From a virus: 64,000 bases of DNA. The stretch lies in the IMG/VR virus record IMGVR_UViG_3300033182_000371, positions 1 to 64,000 of that record; one strand, written 5' to 3'. Made by a program: the position numbers and the translations under genes. This document shows positions 1-8,721 of the stretch, piece after piece. Within the stretch, counting starts at the first letter, position 1, and every line of letters begins with the position of its first letter. Under the pieces are notes generated by a model. That model saw only the letters and a program-made list of their open reading frames with translations, was not told the DNA's origin and searched no databases.

Positions 1-855
1 CCAGATACCGACCACTGGCCAAGCAGCAAGGAAGAAGTGAAGAGAACGAGAATTGTTAAACGAAGCATACTGGAAGATCAGACGACCGAAGTATCCATGA
101 GCAGCAACGATGTTATAGGTCTCTTCTTCTTGACCGAACTTATAACCATAGTTCTGGGACTCAGACTCAGTGGTTTCACGAACCAGCGAGGAAGTAACCA
201 GAGAACCGTGCATTGCACTGAACAGAGAACCACCGAAGACACCAGCAACGCCGAGCATGTGGAAGGGGTGCATCAGAATGTTGTGTTCTGCTTGGAAGAC
301 AAGCATGTAGTTGAAAGTACCACTGATACCCAAAGGCATCGCATCAGAGAAAGAACCTTGACCGAAAGGATAGACGAGGAAGACAGCAGATGCAGCAGCA
401 ACAGGTGCAGAGTATGCAACGCAGATCCAAGGACGCATACCAAGACGGTAAGAAAGTTCCCACTCACGACCCATGTAGGCATAGATACCGATGAGGAAGT
501 GGAAGACAACGAGTTGGAAAGGACCACCGTTGTAGAGCCACTCATCGAGAGAGGCAGCTTCCCAGATGGGGTAAAAGTGCAGTCCAATAGCATTGGACGA
601 GGGAATAACAGCACCAGAAATGATGTTGTTACCATACATCAGAGAACCAGCAACGGGTTCACGGATGCCGTCGATGTCCACAGGGGGAGCACCGATAAAA
701 GCAACGATGAAACAAGTAGCAGCAGCAAGGAGGGTGGGGATCATCAGGACCCCGAACCAACCAACATACAGACGATTGTCAGTGCTGGTGACCCAGTTGC
801 AGAATTGTTCCCAAGTATTCGATTGTTGTTTTTGTGAAAGAGTTGAAGCAGACAT
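1..855 (-). CDS. psbA: Photosystem II D1 protein (3' end truncated by window edge)
   Basis: Manual translation from ATG at 855: [40 protein letters not shown]...[45 protein letters not shown]. Absent from the ORF track because there is no stop in the window. Confidence 0.99.
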   Translation of the reverse strand, partial: MSASTLSQKQQSNTWEQFCNWVTSTDNRLYVGWFGVLMIPTLLAAATCFIVAFIGAPPVDIDGIREPVAGSLMYGNNIISGAVIPSSNAIGLHFYPIWEAASLDEWLYNGGPFQLVVFHFLIGIYAYMGREWELSYRLGMRPWICVAYSAPVAAASAVFLVYPFGQGSFSDAMPLGISGTFNYMLVFQAEHNILMHPFHMLGVAGVFGGSLFSAMHGSLVTSSLVRETTESESQNYGYKFGQEEETYNIVAAHGYFGRLIFQYASFNNSRSLHFFLAAWPVVGIW

Positions 856-861
856 TGTTAT

Positions 862-972
862 GTACAAGTAAGTAGATCCATCAGGGAAATGGTGGAGGTA
901 CTTATTTCCTTACCACCCTCAGGTAAGGATATGAGAGACGGATTTGTAACCCAGCCTAGTCTCGGTCAAGCG
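862..972 (-). ncRNA. Structured psbA 5' leader, PhotoRC-II-like RNA motif
   Basis: Three stems: GAGAC/GTCTC (935-963), TCCTTACC/GGTAAGGA (907-929), CCAT/ATGG (878-892). Position upstream of cyanophage psbA fits PhotoRC-II; family assignment is from recall. Confidence 0.7.
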
Positions 973-1010
973 GCGGGGGTTCGACAGTTTACATTTCGTA
1001 ACCGTTGATG

Positions 1011-1044
1011 TATTTATCATAACAGAACTTAACAATTCTGTCAA
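1011..1044 (-). promoter_or_regulatory. psbA promoter: sigma70 TTGACA-N17-TATGAT overlapping a late-type ATAAATA
   Basis: -35 at 1039-1044, -10 at 1016-1021, ATAAATA at 1011-1017. Confidence 0.8.
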
Positions 1045-2141
1045 GAATGGGTTCCGTCAATCCAGTTACGGAAAGTGGTAGTGTACCAATGACCATAAGT
1101 GGGAGTATCGTCATTGATAAGTTCAAGTCTTGATTTAGACTTTGCATCAGTAATGAAATCGAAGAACCGCTGATCATAAGAATGAGAGCGACTCATCTCC
1201 TCCGCTGCTGACCAGAACATTGTAGCATGCCGAGACCCGTTAGCGTAATGCCAAAGGATGAAATTCTGTACCTCTTCCACATCTGTCACAAGCTCTTGCA
1301 GAATGGACCGCTTAGATCTTCCATCAAAGATCCACTGACAAACCAACGAGGTCCAGCGATAATAAGTCTCAACAGAACTTGCTTCCAATGGTTCAATGAA
1401 TAGTAGTCTATTTCCATTCAGGATAACCTTATCATTCTGGATAGGTTTCCTAGCGAGATAATTTTTGAAATGTAAAGTATCTGTCGGGGTAACACCAAAG
1501 ATCCTTTGAATGTTTACCTCTGCTTCTTCATTAGAAGTGTACTTATCGTTGTACAGATATCCATAAGAAGTAAATCCTTTATTAGGAATACCAAAGCACC
1601 ATCCATCAGGAGTGGCAATACAGCGTGTCCAATGCTGATCAGGGTCTCTGTAACTATCCTGACCTAAGACGACACTGTTGAGAGGATTCTTCAGGATGTT
1701 GTAGTAAGAAAAGTCTTTGGGAGTTCCTCTACAGTCGAAGACATAATCACAATCCAATTCATTACAATCTTCGACATGTTGTTCTATGAACTTACATACT
1801 TTCTTTTTGATCATACACTCTCTCAGTTTATCTGGAGAGTAGTGTACCGCCATGTAGTCCATAGGAAATGGATGGAAGAACTTATCCTTCTTAGTTCCCC
1901 ACCCTTCATATAAGATGCCAGATTTAAATGTAGCGTCAATCTCATTATTGTACCAATCAACACCAAGAATCTCATGGATGAGACCCACAAAGTTTACAAG
2001 AGATCCCTGTCCTACTTTCTCAATAGGAATCTTAGGATCATAGTAGACTTCAATCTCTACATTCTGCCCGTATGTTTCTTTAAGCAAAAATAGGGTAACG
2101 ACTAATCCGCCGTTACCCCCACCAACAACACCGATCTTCAT
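1041..2141 (-). CDS. Flavin-dependent (tryptophan) halogenase-like protein
   Basis: GxGxxG-type VVGGGNGG; DATFKSGI with the PrnA-type catalytic Lys; GWCFGIP (variant of WxWxIP); FIEPLEAS. Confidence 0.8.
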   Translation of the reverse strand: MKIGVVGGGNGGLVVTLFLLKETYGQNVEIEVYYDPKIPIEKVGQGSLVNFVGLIHEILGVDWYNNEIDATFKSGILYEGWGTKKDKFFHPFPMDYMAVHYSPDKLRECMIKKKVCKFIEQHVEDCNELDCDYVFDCRGTPKDFSYYNILKNPLNSVVLGQDSYRDPDQHWTRCIATPDGWCFGIPNKGFTSYGYLYNDKYTSNEEAEVNIQRIFGVTPTDTLHFKNYLARKPIQNDKVILNGNRLLFIEPLEASSVETYYRWTSLVCQWIFDGRSKRSILQELVTDVEEVQNFILWHYANGSRHATMFWSAAEEMSRSHSYDQRFFDFITDAKSKSRLELINDDTPTYGHWYTTTFRNWIDGTHS

Positions 2142-2302
2142 TGAGAATACTCATTCAACATATCTAAGAATCTATTGAGCATGTCATGAGCACCATCATG
2201 CCAGTCTCCAGACTTATCATGCTGCGTACCATCATACAATTCATTCTTTATCTTATAAACTCTTGCGAGCACATCGGGTTTGTTCATTCTTCCTCTAGGC
2301 AT
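2138..2302 (-). CDS. Hypothetical protein (54 aa)
   Basis: Manual translation MPRGRMNKPDVLARVYKIKNELYDG...EYSQ; stop overlaps the halogenase ATG (ATGA). Confidence 0.7.
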   Translation of the reverse strand: MPRGRMNKPDVLARVYKIKNELYDGTQHDKSGDWHDGAHDMLNRFLDMLNEYSQ

Positions 2303-2304
2303 GA

Positions 2305-2532
2305 TTATGGGAGCGGAATAGCAGGACCAGTTACCTTAGGCATTTCTGGCAGTGCCTCATCAATCTTTCCAGGTAATGCTTCTGTTACTGCTGCAGTGGC
2401 GGACTTGATAATTTCTTCTTTGGAACTCTCAATGAAAGCGTCTTTATTAAGAAGAAGATATCCACCACCTGCAATCAAAGCAACAGAAGTCAATCCAGAA
2501 AGCAGAGCAATAACATTAATTAGTTTTTGCAT
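2305..2532 (-). CDS. Hypothetical membrane-anchored protein
   Basis: Likely start MQKLINVIALLSG; N-terminal hydrophobic helix. Confidence 0.7.
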   Translation of the reverse strand: MQKLINVIALLSGLTSVALIAGGGYLLLNKDAFIESSKEEIIKSATAAVTEALPGKIDEALPEMPKVTGPAIPLP

Positions 2533-2574
2533 CGTGCTATTAAAAAGGGACACCCTATATAGGTGTCCCAAATA

Positions 2575-3123
2575 TCATTCCTCTTCTTCGTCTTGGATTC
2601 CAAGATGTTCTTTGATACGCTTGTAGACATTCAAAGGAGTTGATTCTTCGTAAGGATCTCCCACAAGGTTGTGGCACATACCTTCTTCATCAAGCATCAG
2701 TTCGATCTCACCATCAACAACATATGCTGCATAACGCCAAGAACGATTGCCAAATCCAACATTAGTCTTCTTGACAAGCATACCAATGCCATCAGCAAGT
2801 TCAGCGTTCCCATCGGGAATCATCTCAACTTTCGTAATATCAAGAGACTTTGCCCATGCTTCCATTACATAATCGTCATTGACACTAGTGCAATAGATGG
2901 CATCAATCCCAAGATCTTTGACAAACTTGTCATAAAGATCTTCGTAGGCAGGAAGCATTTCATTCGTACAAGTAGGAGTGAATGCTCCAGGAAGACCGAA
3001 CAGAATTACTTTCTTTCCAGCAAAGTAATCTGCAGTATCAACGATTTGATACTTCTCCATTTCACCATTCTCATCAGGGACAGGAGATCCCTGAAGGTGG
3101 AATCTTGCATGGGGAATTCTCAT
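2575..3123 (-). CDS. Peroxiredoxin (Prx5/type II, redoxin family)
   Basis: LPGAFTPTC peroxidatic motif, SVND, IPDGN, RSWRY. Start set at MRIPH because the upstream extension overlaps an hli gene. Confidence 0.92.
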   Translation of the reverse strand: MRIPHARFHLQGSPVPDENGEMEKYQIVDTADYFAGKKVILFGLPGAFTPTCTNEMLPAYEDLYDKFVKDLGIDAIYCTSVNDDYVMEAWAKSLDITKVEMIPDGNAELADGIGMLVKKTNVGFGNRSWRYAAYVVDGEIELMLDEEGMCHNLVGDPYEESTPLNVYKRIKEHLGIQDEEEE

Positions 3124-3124
3124 A

Positions 3125-3244
3125 TCACCAAATGCCAGGAATGAGTTGACCAGTGGTGATGTAAGCACCAACGCCAGCAACAAAACCAATCATTGCCAGA
3201 CGAGCATTGAGGATCTCTGCCTCAGGAGTAAAAAGTTTTTTCAT
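3125..3244 (-). CDS. hli: High-light inducible protein (39 aa)
   Basis: Manual translation MKKLFTPEAEILNARLAMIGFVAGVGAYITTGQLIPGIW with AExxNxRxAMxG and TGQxxPG motifs. Confidence 0.95.
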   Translation of the reverse strand: MKKLFTPEAEILNARLAMIGFVAGVGAYITTGQLIPGIW

Positions 3245-3249
3245 GGTAG

Positions 3250-3378
3250 TTATCCGTAAAATTTGCGAATAAGATGGGGAGTGCCGAAGACTTCTTTAAA
3301 AGAAAGTGTCTTTAATTTTTCTTTTTGTTCTGGGGATAGAGAACCCCAGCGAAGACGAGCAAGAATATTCTTAAACAT
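3250..3378 (-). CDS. Small hypothetical protein (42 aa)
   Basis: Manual translation MFKNILARLRWGSLSPEQKEKLKTLSFKEVFGTPHLIRKFYG; fills the gap. Confidence 0.55.
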   Translation of the reverse strand: MFKNILARLRWGSLSPEQKEKLKTLSFKEVFGTPHLIRKFYG

Positions 3379-3616
3379 TATATGGGTGTTTCTGTTTCAA
3401 ATTAGGATCAGGAATACTGTCTACTTTTTCTCTGACGGGTTTAATGACAAGGAACTTATCATTCTTAAGAGTACCAGCAATCTGAACTTGAAGTTGATCT
3501 TCATGTGACCATGCACCAGCATCAACTAACTTTTCTAAAGCGATTGCTAGTTGTCCAAGCATGTCCGCAGTAACATTATTGACTGGGACAGAAGCAGATT
3601 GAGAAAATGACTTCAT
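3371..3616 (-). CDS. Hypothetical cyanophage protein
   Basis: ORF track; tightly packed with neighbours. Confidence 0.7.
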   Translation of the reverse strand: MKSFSQSASVPVNNVTADMLGQLAIALEKLVDAGAWSHEDQLQVQIAGTLKNDKFLVIKPVREKVDSIPDPNLKQKHPYNV

Positions 3617-3735
3617 TAGTTAGGAAAGTAAATCATTGAGAGTGTAAAGATAACAAAGATCATAACTGTGAAAATCATTAAACCTACGCCTGCCCAGGGA
3701 ACCCAGTCGGGCATAGGTTCATTATTGTGTTTCAC
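3616..3735 (-). CDS. Small single-pass membrane protein
   Basis: Manual translation (GTG)[38 protein letters not shown]; overlaps the petF stop and the next start. Confidence 0.55.
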   Translation of the reverse strand: MKHNNEPMPDWVPWAGVGLMIFTVMIFVIFTLSMIYFPN

Positions 3736-4025
3736 AAATTCTCTTCTTGTTCAGTCAGGATCACACAATCGCTGGTGGGATATGCGACACAGGTAAGCAC
3801 CCAACCTTCAGCGATTTGGTCATCGTCAAGGAAAGATTGCTCTTCGTTGTCTACGGTGCCAGAGATGAGTTTCCCTGCACAAGCCGAGCAAGCACCTGCT
3901 TTACACGACGAAGGGAGATCAACGCCTGCTTCTTCTGCTGCTTCAAGAATGTACTGATCATCGGGACATTCAATTTTGGTCTCGGTCCCATCAGGAGATT
4001 GGAGAGTGACGCTGTAGATAGTCAT
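3732..4025 (-). CDS. petF: Plant-type [2Fe-2S] ferredoxin
   Basis: [13 protein letters not shown]...VLTCVAYP; start set at MTIYSV. Confidence 0.97.
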   Translation of the reverse strand: MTIYSVTLQSPDGTETKIECPDDQYILEAAEEAGVDLPSSCKAGACSACAGKLISGTVDNEEQSFLDDDQIAEGWVLTCVAYPTSDCVILTEQEENL

Positions 4026-4111
4026 TAATAGGTTTCGCAAAGTTTTTCTACGGACGCTGCCAACAAAACAAAGAAGGCAACGCTAGTCATTGTAAACAAA
4101 ATTGAAGTCAT
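4025..4111 (-). CDS. Small hydrophobic protein (28 aa)
   Basis: Manual translation [28 protein letters not shown]; TAATG overlap with petF. Confidence 0.55.
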   Translation of the reverse strand: MTSILFTMTSVAFFVLLAASVEKLCETY

Positions 4112-4125
4112 TGTCAAACCCTCTG

Positions 4126-4329
4126 TCAGAAAATGCCAAAAAAGAGTTTGCCAGTTGCGGCATAAGAAATGGCACCAAAGATGATACCCATCATTGCCCA
4201 GCGACCGTTGTACATCTCAGTCATTTCCATGGGGGTACGCAGTCCCTTACGGTGATACTCTTGGTACACCATCTCGGGCTCCTTTGCCCACATGTTTTGT
4301 TGTCCAAGTTCGTTAGTAGTTACGGTCAT
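4126..4329 (-). CDS. hli: High-light inducible protein (long form)
   Basis: EMYNGRWAMMG chlorophyll-binding motif, TGKLFFGIF end, MTVTTNE-type N-terminus. Confidence 0.95.
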   Translation of the reverse strand: MTVTTNELGQQNMWAKEPEMVYQEYHRKGLRTPMEMTEMYNGRWAMMGIIFGAISYAATGKLFFGIF

Positions 4330-4354
4330 GATCTTTGTTAAGAAGTGTTACACA

Positions 4355-4390
4355 ATTATATAGGAAAAAGAAAGGGGTGTCAAGCACCCC
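4355..4390 (-). promoter_or_regulatory. Consensus sigma70 promoter with -35 inside a terminator hairpin
   Basis: TTGACA (4378-4383)-N17-TATAAT (4355-4360); hairpin GGGGTG/CACCCC followed by a T-rich tract. Confidence 0.85.
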
Positions 4391-4419
4391 TCTGTTATTG
4401 TATCCTGACAGACTAAGTA

Positions 4420-4608
4420 TTAATACTCAGTCTTATAGTCTGGATTTTTTCTCAGAAAATTTTTTACATAACCGTGTACATCCATCTCAATTTGGTGATG
4501 GGCATGAAGATGAATCAATTCAATAACAGAAAGACTTCCAATCAACACCAACAAGAGGTGACATATAGGGCTGCTGATACAGCAAGTCAGATTCTTTTTT
4601 ATGTTCAT
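4420..4608 (-). CDS. Hypothetical membrane protein
   Basis: ORF track; central hydrophobic stretch. Confidence 0.55.
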   Translation of the reverse strand: MNIKKNLTCCISSPICHLLLVLIGSLSVIELIHLHAHHQIEMDVHGYVKNFLRKNPDYKTEY

Positions 4609-4632
4609 AAAAAAAGGGGACCGAAGTCCCCC
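4609..4632 (-). terminator. Intrinsic terminator
   Basis: GGGGAC-TTCG-GTCCCC followed by a T run. Confidence 0.9.
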
Positions 4633-4653
4633 ACATTATAACACGGTTAGAGA

Positions 4654-5034
4654 TCAGAAGGAGTACTTCAGACCGATCTTACCGCCGACATTCAGGTCGG
4701 AAGTAGAGAACTTGGTGTCAGCAGTCAGAGCAGACAGTTCACCATAGACACCAACGGAGCTGGACAGAGCAGCACCCAGACCAACCTTACCACTGTAACG
4801 GGTCTCGGTTCCTACAGCATCGGTAGAAACGAATGCGGGACCACCTTGGATGTACCAGGAAGCATCACCGTCACCGATGGCACCTTCGTAACCCAGATGA
4901 GCTTCGGTGGTAGCACCAGTGTAGTCGTTGCCAGTCCAACCAGCATTAGCTTCTACATTCACATAGGGACCTGCCATAGCAGCGCCAGCGAACAGGGGAG
5001 CAGCAGCAGCAGCTGCGAGAACAGATTTAAACAT
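4654..5034 (-). CDS. Small outer-membrane beta-barrel-like protein
   Basis: Signal peptide ending AMA|G, alternating beta-strand pattern, C-terminal GLKYSF beta-signal with terminal Phe. Confidence 0.75.
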   Translation of the reverse strand: MFKSVLAAAAAAPLFAGAAMAGPYVNVEANAGWTGNDYTGATTEAHLGYEGAIGDGDASWYIQGGPAFVSTDAVGTETRYSGKVGLGAALSSSVGVYGELSALTADTKFSTSDLNVGGKIGLKYSF

Positions 5035-5158
5035 TTGTGTTTCCTCGAAAAATTTACTTGCGGAGTGATTACCCGCAGATGGAGGATCGGGTTGTCCCGA
5101 TCGCTTTAAAAATTATAGCACAGAACGGAGCGCGAGTAGTTGAGGCGGTCATTCCATG

Positions 5159-5178
5159 AACTGTCACATGTGACAGTT
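5159..5178. repeat. Perfect 20-bp palindrome AACTGTCACATGTGACAGTT
   Basis: Read directly; next to late promoter TATAAATA at 5183-5190. Confidence 0.85.
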
Positions 5179-5194
5179 GTAATATTTATACATA

Positions 5195-5995
5195 TTACTT
5201 CCCTTCAAAACCAGGGGGTAACCGACCAAGGTAAGGATTGAGATCAAAGAATTGATTCCAATCTTCAACCATGTTAGCATCGTTACGCCAAAAGTTCCAA
5301 AGAGCATCATGACAATTACGATGGAATACATCGATATGCATGTCATGAATATCTGAACCTAGAGCAATCTTATACATTAAGATTGGCATTGCATAGGTCA
5401 GACCGCTGTTGTAGAGAAGATCATCAGCAACAGCGCGTGGTTTAATTCTACCATCTAGTTTGTACTTCCCATTCTTAGTATAAAGATCGAGAAGTTTATG
5501 AGCATACCTGCGATTAATGACATAGGCAGCAGTTGAAAAGTCATTCACGAAGCGATAGTGCATCTGCATGACAGGCATCGCAGGATTGATGATTGCGATC
5601 TGGAGAACATCCCATGCTGCAGGAGCATGACGAAAGAAATCTTTCCAGGTAAAGGGCCAATGCTTGACCACTTCTAGATCACAATCATCTTCCATCATAA
5701 TAGCATATTCATCAGTGGAAGTTTCCAACCAATGACGAATTGCTTTAAGGTGAGAGGTTACACAACCAATCTCACCCGATGACATATTGTCTGGATACTT
5801 GCCAGCAATAATGTCACTTAGGTCGTCATCACGACCATCATAGGCAGAGATTCTTGTATGCTTTTCAATTTCCCAATATGAAAATTGATCTTCCATAAAC
5901 TGACGACGATCTTCTTTATCGTTCAAGTTCAACCAATAGATGTGAGGAAGGTCTTTTAGTTTGCTCGCTGATTTATTTTTGTCCATGCTTTGCAA
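5195..5995 (-). CDS. Glycosyltransferase family 25
   Basis: IYWLNL..DRR, RISAYDG, GEIGCVTSH, MMEDD; true start probably MDKNK. Confidence 0.9.
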   Translation of the reverse strand: MQSMDKNKSASKLKDLPHIYWLNLNDKEDRRQFMEDQFSYWEIEKHTRISAYDGRDDDLSDIIAGKYPDNMSSGEIGCVTSHLKAIRHWLETSTDEYAIMMEDDCDLEVVKHWPFTWKDFFRHAPAAWDVLQIAIINPAMPVMQMHYRFVNDFSTAAYVINRRYAHKLLDLYTKNGKYKLDGRIKPRAVADDLLYNSGLTYAMPILMYKIALGSDIHDMHIDVFHRNCHDALWNFWRNDANMVEDWNQFFDLNPYLGRLPPGFEGK

Positions 5996-6926
5996 TCACT
6001 TCATTCACATTGGGCAGGTAGTGGTTCTGTAGGACATTGGTCCAGTCGAACTCTTTAGCATACTCCAGGATCTCTTCCCGATGGGAAACTGAATACTCCC
6101 TGTTTTTGATTATAGCATACTCAACATATTCAACATCGTCAATCTTAGACTCTGGAATGACTGTAATAAATTCACGATCAAGATCCAGGTTTGCAATTGC
6201 AAACTCACTGACTACCACACCAAGACCAGCAGCAAATGCTTCCATGATGACCAGAGAGTGTGCTTCACCATCAGACAGAAGCACAAGGTTACCATAGTCT
6301 GTTAGATAATCATGAAGATACTCCTTCTTCCATTCACCGAGATAGTTTTTGTTAGCGTTGAATCGCTTATCGACAATGTTACCAGCAAAGAACAAACTGT
6401 CGATGGACTGAAACTTATGCTGACGCTTACGGTAGTCTACCTTTGCGAGGTAGATACTACGGTCAGGAAACTCTGGTTCATCTGTAGTACGGAAGAGATC
6501 CAGGTTAACACCATTAGGAACGATCTTCAATTTCTCTTCGGGGATATCTCCAAAGAACTGATATGCTTTTTTGATACCCTCAGACAGGCAAAAAACATTC
6601 GGTTTAGTCTGTTGGAAGTGACCGAAGATCTGCCCATACCCATTCATCTTGTCTGGGCGCTCGATGTAGGCAAAGTGGGTGGTACACGCACAAGGATATT
6701 GAATATAAGGATAGAGGACAACCCAGTCATCGTAATGAATGTGGACAAAATCAGGGCGATACGCATTGATTCTTTTGATGATCTCTCTTGGATCTCCGAC
6801 ATTGATGATGTCAACTTCATGACCAAGTTTCTCCAGTGTGAGTTTATAATCCCAGATCAAACTCTCTACTGCCCCCCAACCAACTGGGGGGATTAGAGTG
6901 TTTGGACCGACGATAGAGAATCTCAT
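5973..6926 (-). CDS. GT-B fold glycosyltransferase (GT4-like)
   Basis: PPVGWGAVE, VPNGV, EAHSLVIMEAFAAG (EX7E). Confidence 0.85.
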   Translation of the reverse strand: MRFSIVGPNTLIPPVGWGAVESLIWDYKLTLEKLGHEVDIINVGDPREIIKRINAYRPDFVHIHYDDWVVLYPYIQYPCACTTHFAYIERPDKMNGYGQIFGHFQQTKPNVFCLSEGIKKAYQFFGDIPEEKLKIVPNGVNLDLFRTTDEPEFPDRSIYLAKVDYRKRQHKFQSIDSLFFAGNIVDKRFNANKNYLGEWKKEYLHDYLTDYGNLVLLSDGEAHSLVIMEAFAAGLGVVVSEFAIANLDLDREFITVIPESKIDDVEYVEYAIIKNREYSVSHREEILEYAKEFDWTNVLQNHYLPNVNEVIAKHGQK

Positions 6927-7885
6927 AGTAACGATTGCAACTTCGGAATGTATTCATAAGCAAGAATGTTTTCAAGACCGAATTCGTTAATGCCGTATTC
7001 TCTGATCTCTTTCCTGTATTGCTTAGAAACTTTTTTATTGTTCTCGATTACTTCAAGAACATGTTCAAGGTTATTTATTTTGCTCTCGGGAATGACATCA
7101 ATCCAAGGTTTAGATGTGTCAAGCTCTGGAGTGATTGCTTCTGAGCAAACAATGCCCAGACCACAGATCAATCCTTCCTTAATCACAAGAGGTGTGGTGT
7201 TCTCAACCTCACTCAACAATGCCATGTTGGAATAGCATGTGATGTATTCGTTGAGTTTCTCTCTGATAACCTCTCCCTTATAGTTCTTATTGTTCTTACT
7301 AAACTTACCACCAAACTCCATGCGACCCATGAAGTCAACAGTATCAATATCTTCAAGGAGATACTGACGCTTACGGTCTACAATCTGAGAGAAGCATAGA
7401 GTCCTATCAAAACTAGCAAACTCATCGAACTTATATGGATAAGGACGAACACCAAGTTTACTCATCCAGACACGATTAGGATTAGCACCAAGACCAATCC
7501 AAGTGTCCATATCTTTTTGAGAGGAGCAGAAGATGTGATGCTTTCTATTAGCAGCGATCTTCTGAGCAGTAGGTCCATAGTTATCCCTACCCCACATGTG
7601 TGGAGTATTAACATATGGATAGTGACTGGAGACGATCAGAGCTCCGCATAGAGGAGCCAAGTCATCAATGATGTCATGGAAAACATCATAATGAAGGTGA
7701 ACAATGTCATACTTTCCGTAAGCAACTTCAAATTTGATTAGTTCTCTATCAGGTGTGTTGATAATTTCAACACGATGACCGAGTTCTCTAAGGATCACAG
7801 TGTAATCCCAGATCAACATCTCTACAGCACCCCACCCTTCTGGTGGAATCTGCATGATGCCAGGACCAATCAGGGCAATTTTCAT
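6923..7885 (-). CDS. GT-B fold glycosyltransferase (GT4-like), paralog of 5973-6926
   Basis: PPEGWGAVE, ENTTPLVIKEGL. Confidence 0.85.
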   Translation of the reverse strand: MKIALIGPGIMQIPPEGWGAVEMLIWDYTVILRELGHRVEIINTPDRELIKFEVAYGKYDIVHLHYDVFHDIIDDLAPLCGALIVSSHYPYVNTPHMWGRDNYGPTAQKIAANRKHHIFCSSQKDMDTWIGLGANPNRVWMSKLGVRPYPYKFDEFASFDRTLCFSQIVDRKRQYLLEDIDTVDFMGRMEFGGKFSKNNKNYKGEVIREKLNEYITCYSNMALLSEVENTTPLVIKEGLICGLGIVCSEAITPELDTSKPWIDVIPESKINNLEHVLEVIENNKKVSKQYRKEIREYGINEFGLENILAYEYIPKLQSLL

Positions 7886-8721
7886 CTATAGTCCTCCCAG
7901 TACATAGTTTTTTTAATTTCGTTAATAAAACCAGGGCTATGTTGTGCAAGTGATGCCACATTCTCACATGCACTGTGGAAAGCGAATACCTTTTCGTATT
8001 CATCTTCCTGGGGATTCTTACCATACCACACACCCTCAACAAGTTTAAGGTCCTGTTGATCTGCTGCAGCACAGTGATTAAATGCACCGTTGGTAAATTT
8101 GTATCCACCAACTTCATTCATAGCAAGACAGAGAACGAGTTCATCCGTCACGCCATTGTGCAATCCACGGTCACCAAAGATATCATTAAAGATCTCCATG
8201 TACCGTTCGAAGAGTTTATCATGCTTACCCTTCTGGAATAGGAATGCTCCAGAAGCAGCATAGTCATAAGTGCCAAGATCTTGAGGGAGATACTTAGTAA
8301 GTCCAGTACGATCCACTTCGACATTACGAAGGTAGTCTGCAAGAGTAGGCACCCACCAGTGACGAGCGATGAGGAAATCATCCTCTGCTTCTTCAATCAA
8401 CTGATCAACACGATCATTAACAACGACACAATCAGTATCAAGATAGATGCAGTAGTCAGTCTCTACATGCTTGAATACATTGTAACGCTCTGCCCAGATG
8501 TGAGGTTGGAACCAGTTACGATCATCCTCATTACGAATGGCATCGGCATTTGCTTTGACGATCTTAACCTTTGGATCATCAATATCGAGACGATCATCCA
8601 TATCAAGGATAACAATCTCGTGATCCTGTTCAATCCTTTCAAGAGACTCACAAGCTCTCATGAGATTGGTGTAATACTTATCATCACCACCAACAATAAA
8701 ACCAAAACTAAGTTTTGTCAT
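7882..8721 (-). CDS. Putative GT-A fold glycosyltransferase
   Basis: CIYLDTD DxD motif; operon context. Confidence 0.65.
   Translation of the reverse strand: MTKLSFGFIVGGDDKYYTNLMRACESLERIEQDHEIVILDMDDRLDIDDPKVKIVKANADAIRNEDDRNWFQPHIWAERYNVFKHVETDYCIYLDTDCVVVNDRVDQLIEEAEDDFLIARHWWVPTLADYLRNVEVDRTGLTKYLPQDLGTYDYAASGAFLFQKGKHDKLFERYMEIFNDIFGDRGLHNGVTDELVLCLAMNEVGGYKFTNGAFNHCAAADQQDLKLVEGVWYGKNPQEDEYEKVFAFHSACENVASLAQHSPGFINEIKKTMYWEDYR

Noticed and set aside
37-837. 266-aa plus-strand ORF, and ORFs 273-635 and 593-871
   Set aside because: Antisense or off-frame shadows of psbA; no recognisable motifs.
3124-3189. Hydrophobic N-terminal signal on the peroxiredoxin in the ORF track
   Set aside because: Off-frame reading of the overlapping hli gene; true start is probably 3123.
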